This document shows positions 8,132 to 15,263 of a stretch of DNA of 32,204 nt, piece by piece (positions within the stretch are counted from its first letter, which is position 1; the number at the start of each line of letters is the position of its first letter). The notes under the pieces are model-generated. The model was not told the origin of the DNA. It saw only the letters and a list, made by a program, of their open reading frames with translations, and did not search any database. This stretch comes from an uncultured Gammaproteobacteria bacterium (lineage in GTDB: Bacteria > Patescibacteriota > Microgenomatia > UBA12405): assembly GCA_964461095.1 (NCBI GenBank), contig CAYWRN010000011.1, positions 1 through 32,204 on the forward strand, written 5' to 3'. A program made the translations under genes and the position numbers.

Positions 8132-8467
8132 GTGACAAAATTGGGATCATTAATACAACAAGCCCTAAACGCTAATAGAAGTAGTGGTGATTGGTATCCG
8201 GCTGTCGATTCTTGCAGTAAGCGTGCTGTGCCCTGCGGTAATCCTTCTTGCCTCGATAATGCTATGTGGTCAGTAGAAAACCCGATTGCAGCTAGTCAAG
8301 GAATGAAAGAGGCAAGAAAACTTGTTGTTGGTTGTGGAAAAAGTGGAGTTGGTTGTGCTCTAACCAGATACGAAGGGGTGAGTCCACTGGATGTTTTGGG
8401 TACGTTTAGGGCAAGGTACGTCGATGTATATACTATGGTTGTAGCAAGGTCAAAAAATGGTAAATAA
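8132..8467 (+). CDS. hypothetical small Cys-rich protein (orphan)
   Basis: 111-codon ORF with a GTG start. Arg/Gly/Cys/Val-rich, visibly unlike the Lys/Asn/Ile-rich neighbours. Confidence 0.45.
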   Translation: MTKLGSLIQQALNANRSSGDWYPAVDSCSKRAVPCGNPSCLDNAMWSVENPIAASQGMKEARKLVVGCGKSGVGCALTRYEGVSPLDVLGTFRARYVDVYTMVVARSKNGK

Positions 8468-8494
8468 TGAAATATTAGTTTAGGTTCATAGGTA

Positions 8495-8535
8495 TGAGAA
8501 AATAAGGCATGAATTACCTAAGATTAGGGAATTAA
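8495..8535 (+). repeat. copy a of the tsaC promoter + 5' stub (8-codon mini-ORF MNYLRLGN*)
   Basis: TGAGAAAAT-aaggc-ATGAATTACCTAAGATTAGG GAATTAA. Shares 19/19 nt (TGAATTACCTAAGATTAGG) with copy b and the first 12 nt of that core with the real tsaC start. Confidence 0.75.
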
Positions 8536-8546
8536 TTAATATATAG

Positions 8547-9755
8547 TTATTGCACTGAAAAAGTATCTGTTTCGTTGCTATTGATATCAAACAAACTGTA
8601 AGAGGTAAAGGTAGATGGATTATTACCATATTCTGATGCTCCTACTACAAGAATATTTCCATTTATCCACTGTTTGTGATAACCCGATAATTCGTGAACT
8701 ATCTGACTGGTTGAGGTGTCCCAAATTATTGTTTTGGCTTGCCATCTGCCTTGTTCAATTTGATCACCTTTTTTATAGTAGGCCAGATACTTACCTGTGT
8801 TATTTAAAAGAGGCATTTGAACTGAAGCCCAGGGACCAGAATCAACAATGTTACCATCTTGATCCGGAAATTCGGAGAAGGTGATTCTAACACCCGTATC
8901 AGTATTGCCATTATCAACAGTTCTGCTCCAATATTTACCATCAGCAGAAAAAGTGTTTTGGCGACCAAATGAAGTTATTTCATAGTTGACGGTAGCATAA
9001 TCAGCCTCAAAGGTGTCAACATTAAACAAAACCAACCTATTGGCTTGCGCCATACTTCCACTTTGGCTTAGTTCGACTAAGACTCGACTGGAGTCAACAA
9101 ATTTGTCAGCAGTTTTTAATGGATAAAGATAAGTATCGATACCCGAATCTAGGTTAAAAGTGTGGAAACCAGGAGAATTTGATACTGAGAATTGTTCTAT
9201 TGTTCCCCAGGGAGGTTGTATCATCATCTCTCCTCCTTGTTTGCGGATATATAAATCGTCCTGGGGTGAATGGAATAATAATTTTGTACTATCTGGTGAC
9301 CAATCTGTAATGTAATCAACCGGATAATCAGTAATTTTTTGAGTTTGTTGGCCTGTGGCGGAAATAATATATAGATTTTTATTATCATCCAAATTAATAA
9401 AGGCGATATATTTGCCATTTGGTGAAGCAAGGGGGTCACTGTCTCCAAAACCGTAGGCACCACCACCACTGGTAACTTTATACTGGGTTGGTTGAATCTG
9501 CTTGTCAGTTATTGAGTAAAGGTTCAAGGTATTGTCTTTTACAAAAGGAATGGCCATATTTGATGTTTCAGGCTTAGCCCATTGTATTTTGGAAACTTGA
9601 TTGCTATCGTTCTTGGTGGGTTCAACTTGAAGATCTGGTTTGGAGACTGAGACACAGTTTTTGAACTTGTTTCCAAAGTAAAATCCACCTGAAGGTAAAT
9701 GGATAAGTAGAATGATTATTAGGAGAATTCTGATACTTTTTTGGATTAGTGCCAT
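8547..9755 (-). CDS. TolB-like beta-propeller (PD40 repeat) protein, membrane-anchored
   Basis: N-terminal anchor. PD40-like repeats SPNGKYIAFI..., DWSPDSTKLLF, FSADGKYW, NNTGKYLAY. Confidence 0.7.
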   Translation of the reverse strand: MALIQKSIRILLIIILLIHLPSGGFYFGNKFKNCVSVSKPDLQVEPTKNDSNQVSKIQWAKPETSNMAIPFVKDNTLNLYSITDKQIQPTQYKVTSGGGAYGFGDSDPLASPNGKYIAFINLDDNKNLYIISATGQQTQKITDYPVDYITDWSPDSTKLLFHSPQDDLYIRKQGGEMMIQPPWGTIEQFSVSNSPGFHTFNLDSGIDTYLYPLKTADKFVDSSRVLVELSQSGSMAQANRLVLFNVDTFEADYATVNYEITSFGRQNTFSADGKYWSRTVDNGNTDTGVRITFSEFPDQDGNIVDSGPWASVQMPLLNNTGKYLAYYKKGDQIEQGRWQAKTIIWDTSTSQIVHELSGYHKQWINGNILVVGASEYGNNPSTFTSYSLFDINSNETDTFSVQ

Positions 9756-9835
9756 GATTTAGTATTACACGTACAGATAATTACTACAAACACCGATAAA
9801 CTTACCAGTAACTTAATAGCGAATGAGTTTTGAGA

Positions 9836-9888
9836 TGGTAAAATATGGTGTGAATTACCTAAGATTAGGCAAAGATAAATGGTGTTAA
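9836..9888 (+). repeat. copy b of the tsaC promoter + 5' stub (12-codon mini-ORF VNYLRLGKDKWC*)
   Basis: TGGTAAAAT-atggt-GTGAATTACCTAAGATTAGGCAAAGATAAATGG TGTTAA. Compare the real start ATGAATTACCTAAAGATGGGCAAAGATGATGG at 10492. Confidence 0.75.
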
Positions 9889-9892
9889 CTTA

Positions 9893-10264
9893 TCAGCTAA
9901 CTGAAAGTGTTATTGAAGATAATGACCTTCCCTTGGCTAAGTTGGATTTTACCTCCGCAACTGTGCTATCAGCTTCAAGAGCAAAATCTCTTTTTCGAGT
10001 GGCATCATCTACAGAGCTAGCCACACCAGCCCTTGTTGCTGCAATTTCTTGAACGTGATAACAGGCTAATTTAAACCCTAATTCATTACTAATCGGAACT
10101 GTTGCCGTATATCCCTCTGAGTCTGTAATTACCATCTCCGATCCTTTTTTATCAGCTGTAAGTTGATATGTTATGGTGGCAACATTAATTGGGCTGCGAT
10201 AGTCTACTGTACCATCAGAACTTTTAACATGAAAAGCAACCTCATCTAAACTAACATGTTCCAT
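9893..10264 (-). CDS. hypothetical protein (orphan; possibly the 3' part of a frameshifted gene)
   Basis: 123-codon ORF. Its frame stays open and protein-like for 22 more codons upstream of the ATG (IQYPDWYTDLPKPDNPAAYF). Confidence 0.5.
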   Translation of the reverse strand: MEHVSLDEVAFHVKSSDGTVDYRSPINVATITYQLTADKKGSEMVITDSEGYTATVPISNELGFKLACYHVQEIAATRAGVASSVDDATRKRDFALEADSTVAEVKSNLAKGRSLSSITLSVS

Positions 10265-10440
10265 AAAATAAGCTGCGGGGTTGTCGGGTTTTGGAAGATC
10301 TGTATACCAATCTGGGTATTGTATACAACATCAATCACTTTTTCACCTGGTGTAAATAATAAATTTTCATCTGGCCTGCGTTCTCGTGCCACAGACATTG
10401 CCATATGTGCTAACGATGATTTTTCTTGTCGTTCATTCAT
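10246..10440 (-). CDS. hypothetical protein (possibly the 5' part of the same frameshifted gene)
   Basis: 64-codon ORF overlapping the next ORF by 19 nt in another frame. Confidence 0.35.
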   Translation of the reverse strand: MNERQEKSSLAHMAMSVARERRPDENLLFTPGEKVIDVVYNTQIGIQIFQNPTTPQLILWNMLV

Positions 10441-10476
10441 AGTTCGGTTAACATATTAATGACTATCTTAATAAGA

Positions 10477-10491
10477 TGATATCATAAGGGT
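10477..10491 (+). promoter_or_regulatory. extended -10 promoter of tsaC-tsaE (leaderless geometry)
   Basis: TGA-TATCAT-aagggt-ATG. Confidence 0.5.
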
Positions 10492-11589
10492 ATGAATTAC
10501 CTAAAGATGGGCAAAGATGATGGACAAATTAAAAAAATTGCTAAAGTAGTAAAAAGTGGTGGATTAGTAGTGTTCCCGTTTGATACCTGCTATGTGTTTG
10601 TGGTTGACCCAACTAATCAAGAAGCAGTTGATAAACTGTATGAAATTAAAGGAAGATCGATAAATAAGGCGGTATCGGTGGCTGTAGGTGATCTAGACAT
10701 GGCTCAAAAATATACAAAAATGACTAAACAAAATTTACTAATATGCCAAAAACTTCTGCCAGGCCCGTTTACGATGGTGGTGGAAGGTAAACATAAACTA
10801 GCTAAAGGTATCGAGGCGACGGATGGCAGTTTGGGAATCAGAATACCGGATTTTAAACCAGTACAGGACCTAGCTAAAGCTCTAGGAGTACCGATAACAG
10901 CCACATCGGCTAATGTGTCCGGACAAAGCATTTGCCATAATTTAGCAAGCCTTAAAAATCAATTATCTAGCAAAAAAGAAGCGTTGGTGGACTTGTGGGT
11001 GGATGGAGGACAATTGGCAGTCAGACAAGCTTCAACAGTAATGGATATAAGGGGGAAAAAAATTAAAACACTAAGGCGGGGAGATATTGTATTGGACAAA
11101 AGCGGAAAGGGCCTGGTATCGGAATCAGTAAAGGAAACTAAGACCGTAGCCAAAATGATTTTTGAGAAGGCAATAAAAAATAATAGTCAAAAGCCACTAG
11201 TGTTCTTTTTGACAGGAGACTTGGGCTGTGGCAAAACAGTATTTGCTAGAAAAATAGGCAGGATACTGGGGATAAAAGGCAAAATAGTGTCACCGACTTT
11301 TAATATCATAAACAATTATGATGTAAGATTTAAGATACAAGATTTAAGAATAAAAGAATTTTTACATATCGATTTGTACAGGATAAGAGAAGAGGAGGAA
11401 CTGGAGGAATTGGGATTTTTAAAGTTATTTAATAAAAATACCATTACTTGTATCGAATGGCCGGAAGTGATGGGTAAAAATTATTTTGAAAAATTACGAG
11501 AGAAAGTTTACTGCGTTGACGTTAGTTTTGAGTACGGGGAAACCAAAAAACAAAGAAGAGTTTGGTTTAATTTATCTCAATGCAATTGA
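10492..11589 (+). CDS. tsaC: fused L-threonylcarbamoyladenylate synthase (TsaC/YrdC domain) and t6A ATPase TsaE
   Basis: N-terminal half: YrdC/Sua5 motifs (IKGRSINKAVSV, ITATSANVSGQ, RGD). C-terminal half: TsaE P-loop GDLGCGKT, SPTF, HIDLYRI...ELG. Confidence 0.85.
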   Translation: MNYLKMGKDDGQIKKIAKVVKSGGLVVFPFDTCYVFVVDPTNQEAVDKLYEIKGRSINKAVSVAVGDLDMAQKYTKMTKQNLLICQKLLPGPFTMVVEGKHKLAKGIEATDGSLGIRIPDFKPVQDLAKALGVPITATSANVSGQSICHNLASLKNQLSSKKEALVDLWVDGGQLAVRQASTVMDIRGKKIKTLRRGDIVLDKSGKGLVSESVKETKTVAKMIFEKAIKNNSQKPLVFFLTGDLGCGKTVFARKIGRILGIKGKIVSPTFNIINNYDVRFKIQDLRIKEFLHIDLYRIREEEELEELGFLKLFNKNTITCIEWPEVMGKNYFEKLREKVYCVDVSFEYGETKKQRRVWFNLSQCN

Positions 11590-11955
11590 TGGAATCGGAA
11601 TAATAGTTGGATTATTTTGAACAAGTTCTGTGTTGATTCTGGTAATGACTGTGTTTAACAAAGCTGAAAGTTGAGACCTTTGACCATCACAAGGTATTAC
11701 TAAATGATTATCTAGGGGTAAAACACCAAAGTTTTGGCCTAAAACTGGTGATCTGTTTTCGATAACCGCCTGTGTAATGGTATATGTACTTAGTAAAGAA
11801 GCATGAATTCGAATAACTTCGGGTGGAGTATCAATTGGATACCGTAAAGTTTTAGTATAATAATCAAACATTCCGATGCTTGGATAAATACCAAGTGCTC
11901 TTTGATACAAACTAGAATCCATGCTGATCCACTGAAGTGAAACTTGTTCCGTCAT
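11572..11955 (-). CDS. hypothetical protein (orphan)
   Basis: 127-codon ORF. TGA-TATAAT box ends 7 nt before the ATG. Converges on tsaC-tsaE and overlaps it by 18 nt. Confidence 0.5.
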   Translation of the reverse strand: MTEQVSLQWISMDSSLYQRALGIYPSIGMFDYYTKTLRYPIDTPPEVIRIHASLLSTYTITQAVIENRSPVLGQNFGVLPLDNHLVIPCDGQRSQLSALLNTVITRINTELVQNNPTIIPIPSIALR

Positions 11956-11988
11956 AATATGAATTATATCAAATACTATAGGGTAAGT

Positions 11989-12669
11989 CTAGTTGAGAAA
12001 AGCGAAGGATTGGATGAATTGATCGCATTCGGTAATCAAAGCTTCGAGGCCGTTGTGAACACATTGGATAGTAAAGAAAAGACCGGATGGTGATTTGAAA
12101 TCGACTAATTTTTGGGAAGTGGTCTCAAAAACAAATGTAGGCTGACCTAAAAGAGTAAATTTACTTGTCAGTTCCCTACCGGAATGAACCCAGGTCCAGT
12201 CTGCTTGGCCAAGATGAACGACAAAGTTACCATCTGGATGGGTAAATACAAATCTATTGGTGGTAGAAGTCTGGTCGGTAAAAAGAGTCCTGGTGGACCA
12301 ATAATCAACTTTGAATTTGAACTGATCATTTTGGTAGGTTTTTAAGTAAGGAGCTTCTGGGGTGGGAGTAGGCAAGACTTTGGGGGAAGTAGTGGCTTCC
12401 GGAGCAGTTGGTTCGGTCTCTACAGGTGTTTGGCTCGGGGTAACGGTAGGCTGAGGAGTAATGATTTCTACAGAAGTAGGGCTAAGGTTACTGGTATTGT
12501 AAATAACCAACTCTTTGGATAACCTGGCAATGGCATAATTGTAGGCCAAAAGACTAAGGGCAACGAAGATAACGCTTAGGACAAAGAAGAGAAAATAGGG
12601 TGGTTTTTTGGCTCCTAGTTTTCTTAGGTCCGAGCGATTAGTAGAGTGGGGCATCAGGTTAATTATCAA
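11989..12669 (-). CDS. hypothetical membrane-anchored protein with a Pro/Thr-rich linker
   Basis: TM helix (YFLFFVLSVIFVALSLLAY), PT-rich spacer, globular C-terminal domain. 12669 is a TTG; the ATG at 12654 (MPHSTNRS...) is the more likely start. Confidence 0.6.
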   Translation of the reverse strand: MIINLMPHSTNRSDLRKLGAKKPPYFLFFVLSVIFVALSLLAYNYAIARLSKELVIYNTSNLSPTSVEIITPQPTVTPSQTPVETEPTAPEATTSPKVLPTPTPEAPYLKTYQNDQFKFKVDYWSTRTLFTDQTSTTNRFVFTHPDGNFVVHLGQADWTWVHSGRELTSKFTLLGQPTFVFETTSQKLVDFKSPSGLFFTIQCVHNGLEALITECDQFIQSFAFLN

Positions 12670-12714
12670 TTTTCAATTTACAATTTTCAAGTAGTAGGGG
12701 GAATTTGATATAGT

Positions 12715-13776
12715 ATGGATATGAAGATTTTGGCCATAGATACCAGCTGTGACGATACTTGTGCTTCAGTGATTGAGGACGGAAAGATAGTTAGTAATGT
12801 AATTTCGTCACAAATCAGTCTACATGAAGAATGGGGAGGGGTGGTACCAAATCTAGCCAGGAGGGCACATTTAGAAAGAATAGATGCCGTAATTGCTAAA
12901 GCACTACACAAAAACCCTTTCCTAACCCTTCCCTTGACAGGGCAGGGAAACTATTTTGAAGGTATAGATGTGATCGGGGTAACTATCGGCCCGGGATTGT
13001 CACCGGCACTAGGGGTAGGAGTAGATAAAGCTAAAGAGTTGGCAAAAAAATATAATAAAAAACTGGTGGCTGTTAACCATGTGGAGGGGCACTTGCTATC
13101 CCCTTTTTTGACCAATAGTAAAGGGAAACCAGAAAGAGATATAAAGCTTCCTATACTGGCCCTAACAGTGTCAGGCGGACATACCAAAATAGTACTAATC
13201 AAAGAAATTGGAAAATATGAAGTAGTTGGAGAAAGTCTGGATGATGCCGGAGGGGAGGCTTTGGACAAGGCTAGTAAAATGTTAGGGTTGGGGTATCCAG
13301 GTGGGCCAATTATTGAAAAATTAGCTAAAAGTGGTAATCCCCTATTTTTGACTTTACCTATTCCGATGAAAGGGAGTAAAGATTTAAATATGTCGTTTTC
13401 GGGCTTAAAAACGGCCTTTTATTATGCTATCCGAAAATGGGATCAGGAGAAAATAATTGAAAATCTGGAAAATTTGGCAGCTTCGTTTCAAAAAGCGGTG
13501 TTTGATAGCCTGCTCTTTAAATTTAATAAGGCAATTGATGAATATAAGGTAAAAAGTTTATTTGGGGTGGGCGGAGTGATGAATAATATGAGCCTAAGAC
13601 GGGAGTTAAGGAAATTGGCAAAATCTAAAAACTTACCTATCTATTTTCCTTTTCAAAAAAACTTAAACGGAGACAATGCGGCCATGATAGGCTTGGTGGC
13701 TTGTCACAAGGCAAAAGGGGGTGAATTTACTAGACATATAGATAAACTAGACCGGGAACCAAGGCTGGAACTATAA
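12715..13776 (+). CDS. tsaD: tRNA N6-adenosine threonylcarbamoyltransferase TsaD
   Basis: MKILAIDTSCDDT, HEEWGGVVPNLARRAH, GPGL, NHVEGH, SGGHT, GYPGGP, GGV..N. The likely true start is the ATG at 12721, 6 nt after TGATATAGT. Confidence 0.95.
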   Translation: MDMKILAIDTSCDDTCASVIEDGKIVSNVISSQISLHEEWGGVVPNLARRAHLERIDAVIAKALHKNPFLTLPLTGQGNYFEGIDVIGVTIGPGLSPALGVGVDKAKELAKKYNKKLVAVNHVEGHLLSPFLTNSKGKPERDIKLPILALTVSGGHTKIVLIKEIGKYEVVGESLDDAGGEALDKASKMLGLGYPGGPIIEKLAKSGNPLFLTLPIPMKGSKDLNMSFSGLKTAFYYAIRKWDQEKIIENLENLAASFQKAVFDSLLFKFNKAIDEYKVKSLFGVGGVMNNMSLRRELRKLAKSKNLPIYFPFQKNLNGDNAAMIGLVACHKAKGGEFTRHIDKLDREPRLEL

Positions 13777-13779
13777 CTA

Positions 13780-13814
13780 GATTGAAGATGTAAGATTTAG
13801 GATTTAAGAAATAA
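13780..13814 (+). repeat. tandem heptanucleotide array (GATTGAA GATGTAA GATTTAG GATTTAA GAAATAA)
   Basis: Five 7-nt units starting 4 nt after the tsaD stop, degenerating on to about 13842. Positions 13794-13814 are identical to 24022-24042. Confidence 0.75.
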
Positions 13815-13841
13815 ATGACAATAGATAATATAGGATAGATT

Positions 13842-13855
13842 TGGTATAATATGAT
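13842..13855 (+). promoter_or_regulatory. extended -10 promoter (leaderless geometry) of the 13856 gene
   Basis: TGG-TATAAT-atgat-ATG. Confidence 0.5.
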
Positions 13856-14146
13856 ATGAATACAACACCCGAGGCGACACTGACACAAGATATAGAACTA
13901 TTTATAAAACCAGTGGTATTGAGATTGTGTACCCAATGTCAGGTAACATGTATGGGAGCAATGGCCGATGGTCGACTACCAGAATGTTACGAAATTCGCG
14001 CCAACAGCAAACGATTAAACGGTGGGTTGTTGGAGTCAATTCCAGATCCAAGTTCAGATGAGGCTGCAGAATTTGAGGTAAGAATGGAGGTTTTGAGTCA
14101 ATGGCTTGAAGCAGAAATAGCTAGACTGGAAGCACGAAGAGGATAG
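13856..14146 (+). CDS. hypothetical small protein (orphan, CxxC-containing)
   Basis: 96 codons. CTQCQVTC motif and a helical acidic C-terminus. Composition unlike its neighbours. Confidence 0.5.
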   Translation: MNTTPEATLTQDIELFIKPVVLRLCTQCQVTCMGAMADGRLPECYEIRANSKRLNGGLLESIPDPSSDEAAEFEVRMEVLSQWLEAEIARLEARRG

Positions 14147-14200
14147 TAAGGAGATTATTGCCAAGTTTGTTTCACAACTGTGGTGTGATATTATGGGGGA

Positions 14201-14461
14201 ATGGATTTGATATTTGCTTATTGTGAAAGAGGAGGTGTAATAGGTGTAGTGCCTAAAGATGGTAGTCTTCGAGCAGTATGTGAGTGGTGTACAAGAGGGT
14301 TGCGTCCTAAAAGAGCTAGCTCGGCATTGGATTTAGAAAGATTTGAGGAAACTTTATACACTAAACCTGGGTTAAGGGTGAATTTTAAGGTTGCTAGTTG
14401 CGACAATCCCCCACCGGTTGAAGAGGTTCCACAAGCAAGAGTAGAACTGATACAACCATGA
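14201..14461 (+). CDS. hypothetical small protein (orphan, Cys-containing), coupled to the patatin-like gene
   Basis: 86 codons. C...CEWC motif. TGA-TATTAT box ends 6 nt before the ATG. Stop overlaps the next start (ATGA). Confidence 0.5.
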   Translation: MDLIFAYCERGGVIGVVPKDGSLRAVCEWCTRGLRPKRASSALDLERFEETLYTKPGLRVNFKVASCDNPPPVEEVPQARVELIQP

Positions 14462-15255
14462 CTAAAAAACTTGGATTAGCCTTAGGATGTGGAGGGTGGA
14501 GAGGGTTGGTACATGCCGGAGTAATTAAATCACTTGAGAAAAACCATATTAAAATAGATTATCTAGCTGGTAGCAGTATTGGAGCGATAATTGGTGGACT
14601 ATATGCAGTAACCGGTAAGATTGAAACAGTCGAGGAAATCATTGGCAGTATAGGCTATAAAAACATATTTAGAGTAGTTTGGGACAAACCACTAAGGAAG
14701 AAAAACGGCTTAATAGACGGGCAAGAGATGGATAAATTTTTTAGAAAAATAGTGGGAGATATCAAAATTGAGGATTTAAAAATACCATTTAGGGCAGTGT
14801 GTGCCGATCTATATAGCGGCAAACTAGTGGCGATTGACAAGGTGTATCTGGTATTAGCCATGAGAGCCAGTGCGGCCATACCTGTCTTGCTTAAAGCGGT
14901 GGAATGGGAAGGGAAAACATTAATAGACGGAGGAGCTATATCCCCTGTTCCCTGCCAGGTATGTAAAGATATGGGAGCGGATGTGGTAGCAGGAGTCAGC
15001 TTATATGGGGGAATTTTCCCAATAAAAAAGAAAGGTAGATTAACGAAACTAGGGATGGCCAAAATGGCCAGATTTTTGCCATTAAAAACATTGGCAGATC
15101 ATGATCTTATGAAGGCCGATGTCATAATCGAACCTAAAATCGAAGGAGAAGACTATGGACTTTTGGCCAATTTGGTCAGAAACAAAGGAGTAATGGATTG
15201 CGGAGTAAAGGAAACTGATAAAAAAATTGAGGAAATAAAAGCACTTTTGGGGTAA
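14458..15255 (+). CDS. patatin-like phospholipase (RssA/YlbK-like)
   Basis: Oxyanion GCGGWRG, nucleophile elbow GSSIG, catalytic Asp in IDGG. Confidence 0.9.
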   Translation: MTKKLGLALGCGGWRGLVHAGVIKSLEKNHIKIDYLAGSSIGAIIGGLYAVTGKIETVEEIIGSIGYKNIFRVVWDKPLRKKNGLIDGQEMDKFFRKIVGDIKIEDLKIPFRAVCADLYSGKLVAIDKVYLVLAMRASAAIPVLLKAVEWEGKTLIDGGAISPVPCQVCKDMGADVVAGVSLYGGIFPIKKKGRLTKLGMAKMARFLPLKTLADHDLMKADVIIEPKIEGEDYGLLANLVRNKGVMDCGVKETDKKIEEIKALLG

Positions 15256-15263
15256 AATAGGCG

